In this document: piece after piece, positions 8,181 to 17,506 of the stretch
Numbering within the stretch: position 1 is the first letter of the stretch
How the letters are laid out: each line of letters starts with the position of its first letter
Position numbers and translations under genes: made by a program
Notes under the pieces: model-generated
The model's input: only the letters and a program-made list of their open reading frames with translations
What the model was told of the DNA's origin: nothing
The model's database searches: none
Source: Folioceros fuciformis
Taxonomy: Eukaryota
Reading direction: 5' to 3'
DNA: 20,000 bases
Assembly (NCBI GenBank): GCA_049999805.1
Contig: JBNGIO010005723.1
Location: 58,377-78,376 of the forward strand

Positions 8181-9805
8181 ATGGTGGCATCAGGGCAGCA
8201 GCGGGTCGTGGAGAAGGCTGCCAGTGCAGTCACAGAGGAGAAAATGGCGGTGCTGGAGAAGACAACGGAGCATCTGCGAGAGCTGGATCGGCTGCGCAAG
8301 GAGCAGGACACCGTGCACCGCAAGATCAACAAAATTCACGCCAAGCTGTCGCAGATAGGTATCGACGAGGCTGACTGCGATGGAGCAGCTTGATTCAGAT
8401 GCAGCAATGTGAGATGGCGACCGGCTGGAAAGATGTCGATTTTTTTGCTCACTGGCTTTCTTTGCGTCTTTGTATTGTTTGCAGACATATGTAAGGCTGA
8501 GAAATTGGGGGATAAGCTCTGGGTGAAGCTCCGTGGCTTGTATATGACGGCAAAGTCTCTAGCGGAACAAGAGGAACAGTGAGTGAGTGGCTGCTGGTAG
8601 GGGGGTGGGAGGTTTGTGGTTGATTTGCGGGATTTTGTGAGCTTACCAGGGTTTGGCGTGGCAGAACGTCGTTGGATTGTATTAGGGAGCTGGATTCTTA
8701 TTTGGCTCCTGTGCAAGGGCCTTCGAACAGAAAGAAACCAGGTTGAGTGTGGCAGCATTGTTACGCTTGCTCAAGCATTATTGTAGATGGTAACATTCAG
8801 GGATTCATTTGCACCAGATGCGAGTGAACAGAAGAGAAAGAAAGCTAAGCAAGATAATGAGCCTGCGCGGCTGGCTTCGCCAGTGCCCTCTCGTATGCCT
8901 ATCGACCATTCAACCATCTCCCTTGGTGATCAGGTTGTCAAGAACCAGGCTCTGTGGAGTGCTGTCTGTGTGAATGCTGTTACCAAGTAATGTCGGCAGG
9001 GTTTCATAGTGGAGGAACTTGCAGGTAGCAGCTAGGGTGTCGGCGAACGAGGCAGAGAAGGATGACTGGATTGTGGTGAAAGTCACACGATTTGACCGTG
9101 AAAGCAAACAGTATGGATCCTTTCCTCCGCTGTGCTAGTATCCAAGAGCATCGTGAAAGCTTCATCGAAATTCCGTGAACTGTGAATTATTTGTGCAGGT
9201 ATGAAGTTATAGACGAAGAACCTGGTGACGAGGAGGAGAGTGGGCAAAGGTGCGGGTCGCCAACTTCCCCAGTGTTATTTTACTTGTTGCAGCTTGGTCC
9301 ACGACTCAAGCTGAGTGATGTGCCTGTAGGAAATACAAGCTGCCAGCAGCATGCGTCATTCCTTTCCCTAAGCGGACAGATCCATCTAGTGCTCAAGATT
9401 TTCCTGTTGGATCACAAGTTTTGGCTGTCTATCCTGGAACCACTGCCCTGTACAGAGCAGTCGTTGTAGGTCCTGCAAGAAAGGTACTCTGCGTTGAGAG
9501 AAAGTGGAAGCTTGGCCATTTGGTGTCCTTTTCTTTGTATCCGCTATTTCTGGCACTTTCTCACTGGCTCGTATTGTTGCCGCAATTTTTGGGGCCTGGC
9601 AGCGAAAGAGTGACGAGTAAGTCCCTTGCTGTGAAATTGTGCTAAAAGGGTGATCAGTGCGCGGCTGTGTGCTTACGAGTTGATTCGCTTTTGCAGCTAC
9701 TTGCTAGAATTCGATGACGATGAGGAAGAGGGGGTGGACGGGCTCCCGAAGCGTTCTGTCGTGTTCAACTATGTAGTCCAGCTTCCAGAAGGCCACCGTC
9801 AATGA
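8181..9805 (+). CDS. SGF29: SAGA-associated factor 29 (tandem Tudor H3K4me reader), 9 exons
   Basis: GT-AG exons 8181-8358, 8485-8578, 8665-8741, 8818-8933, 9025-9110, 9199-9249, 9330-9483, 9603-9616 and 9697-9805 join in frame. Product includes RELDRLRKEQDTVHRKINKIHAKL...GDQVAARVSANEAEKDDWIVVKV...YEVIDEEPGDEEE...IPFPKRTDPS...VLAVYPGTTALYRA...RKRKSDDYLLEFDDDEE...LPEGHRQ*, matching plant SGF29 motifs. An upstream in-frame ATG at 8106 is also possible. Confidence 0.95.
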
Positions 9806-10058
9806 TGTAAGGAGGCAGGGAGGAAGGGAGGGAGGGAGCGGGTACAACGAAATGTTCATCTCATATCAGCAATGGCGCAAGCCTGAAGTAAGTAGACTGC
9901 CGAGTAGAACGTACGACTGTGTTAGCACTGGTCCCCCAGACGCAGGGGCATGTAACTTAACACACGTTCTTTTGGAGTGTGGCGTTGTAATATATGTAAT
10001 ATGGTTCACCTTTGTGATCCTCGTACGAGGGCCGCTGCCTCTGCACGAGTGCGGCACA

Positions 10059-10409
10059 CTAGTCCTGTTTTGTAACGTCCTTTGACAGCTTCACAAGCTC
10101 CTGGCCCGTCTTGGCCAAGGTATTCCCTGCTTTCTCTAAAGTCCTTCCAGTCCTGTCCAAGATGCAGGCGAGGTACAGTACTGATGCAGCCACACAGAGC
10201 AGGGCCGGCACCATAACGAGCGCCGGAACTGGGCTTGGGGAACAAATAACCTGTTCCCGTCTGGTAACAGAATACTGCAACTGCTCCTGCGCATTATTGG
10301 AACCTACAGAGGACAGACACGCCGAGTCTGTGTCGTCGGTAGTGTCGGCGCTCGAAGCAAAGCTTGCCACGAGCACTGGCGTTCCCGACTTGTCTTCAAT
10401 TAATTTCAT
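10059..10409 (-). CDS. Putative small single-pass membrane protein with C-terminal heptad helix (unknown function)
   Basis: ATG at 10409 gives 116 aa. A hydrophobic stretch PVPALVMVPALLCVAASVLYLACIL is followed by DRTGRTLEKAGNTLAKTGQELVKLSKDVTKQD (7-residue periodicity). A possible 66-nt GT-AG 5'UTR intron lies at 10523-10458. No family recognised. Confidence 0.4.
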   Translation of the reverse strand: MKLIEDKSGTPVLVASFASSADTTDDTDSACLSSVGSNNAQEQLQYSVTRREQVICSPSPVPALVMVPALLCVAASVLYLACILDRTGRTLEKAGNTLAKTGQELVKLSKDVTKQD

Positions 10410-10711
10410 CTCGCCTTCCAACCTCGTCCTTCAGCTAGCTTCCTCGTCCCGTCTCGCCTGTCACGGCACTCAGCAGCAGAAATGCTGTGGAGGGCACTGC
10501 ATGCTTGCAAGACACGGACCTACATAGCTGCGGGCAGGAGCATTGAACAAGTGAGCGCCAAGCGATTCTCTCACGCTCTGGTGTTCGCCCTTCCCGTTCC
10601 AAGCATCAGGTACAGTGACCGGGAACCGGAAATGAACACCATTTCTCATTTTCTAACGGATCAAACCGGTCATTTCTCAGGTCATCTCCACCGCATTCCC
10701 CGTACGAAGCC

Positions 10712-13047
10712 ATGGCCATGGCTTCGGGCTTGGTCGGACTAGCGGGGAGTGTTCCAGCTCGACGACTGGTGGCGGTGGAGAGCGTGCATGAGCAAGCTGT
10801 GGTGAGATTCTGCTAGCCTTATTGGAGTGGACGAGCAGGCGGGGTCGTCATTTGTGGAGGACGGGATTGTGTGGCTGATGAGCCCTGCTGCATTTCACAG
10901 NNNNNNNNNNNNNNNNNNNNNNNNNNNNNNNNNNNNNNNNNNNNNNNNNNNNNNNNNNNNNNNNNNNNNNNNNNNNNNNNNNNNNNNNNNNNNNNNNNNN
11001 GTAGGCATGTCGATACGGCCCTCGATCCTTCATCCTGCGTCGATGCATGCGGTGAGAGCGTCGGCGTCGTCGTTTCAGGCGGCTGAGACGTTGCCTCAAG
11101 GCAGTGTGGATGTGGAGAAGCCGGTGGTGTCGTCGCAGTGGCTGCACTCCAATCTGCAGTCGGAGGATGTTAAGGTTCGTCTTCCACTAGTGGATGAGCT
11201 CGCAGGAACGAGGGGGTGTGCATGTGAGTGAACGATGTTCTTCCGCGCAGGTGCTTGATGCGTCTTGGTACATGCCTGCAGAAGGACGAAGTCCTCGGAA
11301 GGAGTATGAGGTGAGGTGTATCCATTTCGTTTCCCAGGGTTGGTTGGCACCGGTTGAAAGCTGTTTGCAGAGTGCCGCTTTCCGGAATGTTTGTTCAAAT
11401 TGGACTTCTATTGAGCAGGTGTCACACATTCCGAAGGCGCTGTTCTTTGACTTGGACAAAATTGTGGACCTGTCCTCAAATGTGAGTAGTGAACTCATCC
11501 AACAGCAGCAGCCAGCAAGACCTTCATTATCTAGGGCCTCACTATCTCTGCTGTCCTATCAGAGTATGGTTGCAAGTTCATGTATCAAGGGTTGAGGCTG
11601 TATTTCGTGAGTTTCGGACCTATCTTAACTTTGGACGACATGTAATGCAGCTTCCGCACATGTTGCCCTCTGAAGATGCTTTTGCTGCTGCCGTGTCAGC
11701 TCTAGGCATTCAAAACAAAGATTTAGTTGTGGTCTATGATGGCAAGGGCATTTTCAGCGCTGCTCGTGTGTGGTGGTCTGTCTCTGGCACTCAACCTCAT
11801 GTGGATCCTTCTGCTTTCGGTATTTCTGCTACATTGCAGTGCGCTTACGGTAGAGGAGACAAATCTGGGATGTCGCAGGATGTTCAGGGTTTTTGGCCAT
11901 GAGAAGGTGGTAGTCTTGGATGGAGGCCTACCTGGGTGGCGAGCTGCAGGGTATGAAGCTGAAACTGGGGTGGCTACTGAAATTTTGGATAAAGTTGAAG
12001 CCTCAACTGAAGCCGTGAGGAACATACACGATGGCGACCAAGCTCTTCCGTGGGTGCCCTGTCCTCATGAATTGAACTTCGCCGTTGAACATATGACGAC
12101 AACGCACAATATTATCGATAACTTTTTTCTTTTTCTGCCAACAGAACTAACGTATCTTTCAAAGCTGTGCTGCAGCCAAATCTTGTTTGGTCCTTGGAGC
12201 AGGTACTCTTCTTACCATTGTTTCTGCTGAGGATTATATCATTCGGTCAGGTTGATCTTACGAACTTAGTGCAACTGATCTTACGAGTTTTAAAAAACTC
12301 AGGTGAAGCAGAATATTGAAGAGCACAATTTCGAGCTGGTGGATGCCCGCAGCAAGGCCAGGTCCTGCTCCTTCATTTTCTATCTGCTTGCCGGTGAATG
12401 CTGTATTTGCAGAGGGCCGCTGGTATCAGTTCCTCGCACTGATGGCAGGCTTCAAATATCTCCAGGTTTGACGGAACAGCACCAGAACCACGCGCAGGCA
12501 TCAGGGGGGGCCACGTACCCGGAAGCAAGTGTGTCCCATTTACTGAGGCAAGTTTGAGCCTTCTTCTTCCTTGGCCTTGGAAGCTGTCCCTGTGTGTGCT
12601 GTTGGCGTATGGTACTGATCAAGGGTATATAGTCTCCGTCCACAGGTTTTAAGCAACGAAGGCAAGCTCCTACCGAAGGAAGACATAGAGAAAAAGTTTA
12701 CAAAAGCTGGTACGATTTGGATAACGTTTTCACCAAACATGATGCACACTGTGAATGCGCTAAGCGCACTTCAACGTTTTTCTAATGACAGACATTGCGA
12801 TCAAAGGCCCCGTGGTAACGTCTTGCGGGACAGGAGTGACTGCCTGCATACTTGCTCTGGTGAGAAAGCTCATTTGAATGGTCGTTTCCCTCGTACCGGC
12901 GTGGGGGCCTAAATTGTCACCCTTCACTTGCAGGCCCTTTTCCGCTTGGGCAAGAAGGATGTTCCAGTCTACGACGGTTCCTGGACGGAGTGGGGGCTGT
13001 CGCCAGACACGCCAGTATCTGTCACCAAAGAAGTGACAAGATCCTAA
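10712..13047 (+). CDS. STR1: Thiosulfate/3-mercaptopyruvate sulfurtransferase (two-domain rhodanese, STR1/MST1-like) with N-terminal targeting peptide
   Basis: Exons 10712-10801, [gap] 11001-11174, 11251-11310, 11419-11481, 11651-11775, 11879-12049, 12145-12202, 12303-12361, 12466-12547, 12646-12709, 12792-12859, 12934-13047. Motifs: [71 protein letters not shown], active-site loop SCGTGVTAC, and VYDGSWTEW. Confidence 0.95.
10901..11000. other. Assembly gap (100 N)
   Basis: Run of exactly 100 N, a typical placeholder for a gap of unknown size. Confidence 0.99.
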
Positions 13048-13195
13048 GGTGCTCGCATGCACTCCAACTTGTAATAGAATGTTGTGTAGGCCTGAGGAGC
13101 CAACCAAACATTCGGATATCCCCTAGCTATCCTTTCATGACATGCATTTCGCAGTTCTTGAATTCAGCAACACACACCACCCTCCCTGTCTTTGG

Positions 13196-14035
13196 TCATT
13201 GCAGAAAGTAGCCGGCCAGAAAAAGCGCAAAGAAGAAAGCCAAGCTCCCGTAGATCAAGAGACTCTTCTGCCCGGATGTTAGTGAGTTGCCACCCAGGCC
13301 GTAACTCTGGTTCTGCGCGAAACCTGCCACCTCAATGCTCTTGCTCTTGAAGTAGCCCTGTGCAGCTCCGCATGTGGGGCAGAGCCAGTCCTCTGGCAGG
13401 TCCCTGAATGCCATTCCAGGTGCCACTGGGTAGTTCTTATCACCGACAGCTTGGTCGTACACATAACCGCAAGAGGTGCATTCATATATACCCGTGTTGA
13501 GCACAGCGAACCGCTCCTCCAGCCCTTTCACAACCCAACAAAGCACAAGAAACTGTTAGTAAGTGTCTTCCTTCCTTCCTTCCACTGGTGCCATTAGCAT
13601 GTATCTATCTTGCAATCTGCTTGAACGCGCACGGAAGTGCAGAACGAATGAGTACCTCTACGAGGATCCAGCTTATCGGAGCTCTGTGTGCTCGCAGTGG
13701 AAGCCTCATCCTTCTCCTCCTTCTCCACATCCAGAGGACCCGCCTGGCAATGCACATCTAGTCTTTGCCTCTGCCTCCTGTTGCTGTTGTTGCCCACCAC
13801 CGAGCTCAAGGTAGGCACGACGGCGAGTGTCTGACACAGGTCACTTGATGCTAAGCAGAGCAGCAGGAATTGCGCTGGGCAGGGCAGCTCAAGGCGTGGC
13901 TCAGAGCAATGTCTTTCTCACCTGAGGCAGTCCCCATGCCGAGACCGTGACCGGACGCAGTTTCGCGCATTGGCTGCGTCCAGCAGCGCCAGGCAGCAGA
14001 GTCCTGGCACACGTTCCACCCAAGCTCCCTGCCAT
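13196..14035 (-). CDS. RBD1: Plastid thylakoid rubredoxin (RBD1/RubA-like), 3 exons
   Basis: Exons (minus strand) 14035-13922, 13830-13656 and 13524-13196 join in frame to 205 aa. Start context gccATGgca, then a transit-like N-terminus. Core: DKLDPRRGLEERFAVLNTGIYECTSCGYVYD...DLPEDWLCPTCGA (two CxxC). C-terminus: AGFAQNQSYGLGGNSLTSGQKSLLIYGSLAFFFALFLAGYFLQ* membrane anchor. Confidence 0.95.
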
Positions 14036-14639
14036 GGCTCTCGAGCAGTTGCGCGCACCAATTTCAGCCCAACACACTTCACTCCGGTTTCACATCCTAA
14101 GCCACTACCCAACAGGATAGTGACCAGTGAGAGACCGCCATATGGATTTGATTAACCGGGCCCTTTCCGAGCAGATATAACACGCGGGACCCATCGCGCG
14201 CTGCCCTTGGTGGCAACTTGAATCCTAGCAAATGCAGAGCAACTTGTTGCCTTCGTGTGGTACATACTCCATTGGATTCCGTTGTGAGGCTGCGGTATGT
14301 CGTCAACCAATCTTTGCTGAGGTACGCATGGATACCACAGCACAGAATGATGAGATTCCATCAGTTGTGGTTCGAGACTGTGTTGCAGGTACGCCACCGT
14401 GAGTGATGTCTGCCCTCTCTTATCGCACTTTTGTGGGTGTCCCAGGCGTTCCAGTAGTCCTCACTCGATCATGCAGGGATTTCCAACTTTTTCATCGTGG
14501 AGAAGAACTGTTTCTATGCCATCGCTCTCCGAAAGTGAAGACGCCTATGTAACGCTGAAACAACGACCAAGCCCAGACCTCTGCCTGGCGAAGACGATGT
14601 CTTGCCACCAGCTCTTGGGTCGATATTTGTCTCTGGACC

Positions 14640-16922
14640 ATGCGCGTTGTTTGGATGGCAAGCAAAATGCAGAGACTGGGAAACGATGGCTACGGGCCAG
14701 CTCGGGTGAAAATGCAGCTGGCTGCACTGGATTGGCAGATGGGTCGTCGTGCACCTGTATCCACCTGGGGAGTGCCGGATGATCACGACTCTGGCAGGCC
14801 TACAGGATATCCGAGGAGCGTGACGGCTGGAGCCGTGACCCACCTGTGTGAGGAGGGGCAGCTCGGTGAGGCTGTTGAAGCTTTGGGAGTGCTGGTGCAG
14901 GCAGGCTGTCGTGTTTGCCGATCTCTTTTCTACAGAGTCATCAAGAGGTGTGTTGTTCAAAGGGATCTGGTTCTGGGTCGCCGGGTCCATGCTCTCACTG
15001 TGGAAGGGGGATATCAATCGGACACGTTCCTGTGCAACCACGTTCTGCGAATGTATTCGTCTCATGCCAGGTTGCAAGAAGCGATGGATGCTTGTGCACT
15101 GGTGGCCAAGCCTGATGCTTTCATGTGGTCCTCCATAATCTCTGCCCATGTAAAACACGGACAGGATAAGGAGGCTATACAACTCTATCATCGTATGTGT
15201 ATGTCGAGTGTGAAGCCAGATGGGCATGTGTTTGTAGCCGCCCTTCAGGCTTGTGGAAGGGCAGCAGACTTGAAAACTGGCCAGCGGGTGCATGACGATG
15301 TGTTGGTCAGTGGAGTAGAGCCTGATTCCTTCGTGTGTAATACTTTGGTAGACATGTATGCCAAGTGTGGCAGCTTGGTAGACGCACGAAAAGTCTTCGA
15401 CGGATTAAGTCAAAAAAATGTGGTGACATGGAATGCCCTGATAGCAGGGTATGCCCAACAGGGTATGGGATGGGCAGCCCTTCATCTTTACAGTGTTATG
15501 CAAGAAGGTGTTGTTTCGCCCGATTCTGTGACATTTATGTGCCTCCTTCAGGCATGTGCTATTGTGGGGAGTCCTGCGTTGCGAGAGGGGAGGCAGCTTC
15601 ATACGCAAATCAGAGAACAAGAATACCAAGCTGATGTGTCCGTAGGAAACAGCTTGGTGAACATGTATGCAAAATGTGGCAGCTTGGAAGAGGCCCGAAA
15701 AGTGTTTGACGGGCTTGCTCAAAAGGATGTTGTCACATGGACAGCTTTGATGGCAGGATACTCCCAGCAAGGCATGGGCCAGGAAGCCCTTTGTCTTTAT
15801 GGTGCTATGCAAGAAGAAGGCATGGCTGTGCCTGATTCCGTGACTTTCGTGTGCCTGCTGCAGGCATGTGCAAGTGTAGGCGTCCTAGCTTTGGAAAAGG
15901 GGAAGCAGCTACATGGCAAAGTCAGAGAACGAGGACTTGAAGCTGATGTGTATGTAGCCAGCAGCTTGGTAAACATGTATGCGAAGTGTGGCAGCCTAGA
16001 GGAAGCACGAAATGTGTTTGACAGTCTCGGTGGAAAGAATGTGGTAACCTGGACTACTCTGATTGCAGGATATTCTCAGCAGGGAATGGGTCAGGAAGCT
16101 CTTCATCTCTACCGTGCCATGGGAGAAGAAGGGGTTGTGCCACCCGATTCCATTACGTTTGTGTGCCTCCTGCAGGCATGTGCAAGTGTGGCAGCTTTGC
16201 ATGTGGGCAGACAGCTTCACTCACAGATTGAAGATCAAGGGCTTCAAGCTGGTGCAACTCTGGCCATCGGCTTGATTGACATGTACGCAAAATCAGGAAG
16301 CATGGTCGATGCACAGAAGGTGTTTGACGAAATGCCGGAAAGAGACGTTGTCGCCTGGACTGCACTGATAGCAGGATATACCCGTCAAGGAGACAGCGAA
16401 CAAGTCTTTCAGCTGGTTCTCAGGATGAAGGAGGAGTGCATACAGCCAGACAGCGTCACATTGCTCAGTGTGCTAACAGTGTGTAGTCATACAGGCCTAG
16501 TGAACGAAGGGCGAGAGTACTTTGAGGCTATGAGTGGAGACTACGGCATCACTCCCACGATGGAACACTATGCATGCATGGTGGATCTCCTGGGTCGTGC
16601 AGGCCGACTGGATGAGGCTCTCGAGGTGGTGAGGGCAATGCCTGTACAGCCTGATGCTGCAGTTTGGTGCGCACTACTGGGTGCTTGTCAAAAGTGGGGC
16701 AGCGTGGAGGTGGGACTCCATGCTTGTGACGAGGCAATGAAGCTGGACAGAAAAGATGCTGCAGCATATGTGTTGATGTCCAATATATATGCGGGTGCCC
16801 AGATGTGGGAGGAGGCACAAGAGATGCAGGCCAGGCGAACGAGAATTAGGGCATGGAAGTATCCCGGCCAAAGCTGGTGGACAGACATGGACGGACAAGT
16901 CCACAGGTTTGGTTGGGGATAA
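14640..16922 (+). CDS. PLS-class PPR protein #3 (760 aa; 5 PLS triplets + P2L2S2 + E1 + E2 + WW-type PG box, truncated)
   Basis: Intronless ORF with the same N-terminal cap, internal cassettes and terminal block as PPR#2, ending RAWKYPGQSWWTDMDGQVHRFGWG*. The true start is uncertain (see findings). Confidence 0.95.
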   Translation: MRVVWMASKMQRLGNDGYGPARVKMQLAALDWQMGRRAPVSTWGVPDDHDSGRPTGYPRSVTAGAVTHLCEEGQLGEAVEALGVLVQAGCRVCRSLFYRVIKRCVVQRDLVLGRRVHALTVEGGYQSDTFLCNHVLRMYSSHARLQEAMDACALVAKPDAFMWSSIISAHVKHGQDKEAIQLYHRMCMSSVKPDGHVFVAALQACGRAADLKTGQRVHDDVLVSGVEPDSFVCNTLVDMYAKCGSLVDARKVFDGLSQKNVVTWNALIAGYAQQGMGWAALHLYSVMQEGVVSPDSVTFMCLLQACAIVGSPALREGRQLHTQIREQEYQADVSVGNSLVNMYAKCGSLEEARKVFDGLAQKDVVTWTALMAGYSQQGMGQEALCLYGAMQEEGMAVPDSVTFVCLLQACASVGVLALEKGKQLHGKVRERGLEADVYVASSLVNMYAKCGSLEEARNVFDSLGGKNVVTWTTLIAGYSQQGMGQEALHLYRAMGEEGVVPPDSITFVCLLQACASVAALHVGRQLHSQIEDQGLQAGATLAIGLIDMYAKSGSMVDAQKVFDEMPERDVVAWTALIAGYTRQGDSEQVFQLVLRMKEECIQPDSVTLLSVLTVCSHTGLVNEGREYFEAMSGDYGITPTMEHYACMVDLLGRAGRLDEALEVVRAMPVQPDAAVWCALLGACQKWGSVEVGLHACDEAMKLDRKDAAAYVLMSNIYAGAQMWEEAQEMQARRTRIRAWKYPGQSWWTDMDGQVHRFGWG

Positions 16923-17506
16923 GAAGCTACCCCAATGGTGAAGATGTGCAAGCAACGTTCCTTGCATCTGTGAGGAGCGCAAGGACATCAAAACCTGCAC
17001 CAGAAAAATCCGAAGTGGACCATCTCCTCTACTCTCTCCACGCTGACGACACTTGTCCTAAACTGACGTTGGGAAGAGGTTGTTCAACTGGGTTGCCGCA
17101 CATCCAGGAAAATCGTTCTATGATATTGATGTAACCTGTACTAAAACTGAAATACATTCTGTATGTAGTAAACTATGTACGACTATGTATTTGTGAAGTA
17201 GGATTGTGTCCCTCCGGCTTCCATGGACATCGTTGTCATCGCTGGTAGTTGGATTACCTACACTTTCTGTTGATGCATGAAAGGAATACGCCCATTGGGC
17301 AGCTCAAGACCGTTCGGTGGGAACACAGGCTGGATCAGTTTCTAAGGTGGAGCCGATGACGTTGAATAGAGTATGTTGCTCTGTTCCGAACGAGTTTGTC
17401 TCTTTCCTGACTGACGACTGTCCTTGAGCAGAGACTGGGGACAGGCAATCTTGAGCCCGTGAGTGATGTACACGAAGGTCCAGAAGTAGAAGGCCCAGAT
17501 CATGAA

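Noticed and set aside
10111-10527. 138-aa + strand ORF overlapping the orphan ORF
   Set aside because: Non-ATG start and no recognisable structure. The minus-strand frame has the more protein-like TM-plus-heptad pattern.
14514-15293. 259-aa minus-strand ORF
   Set aside because: Antisense to PPR#3 and similar to the shadow ORFs of the other PPRs.
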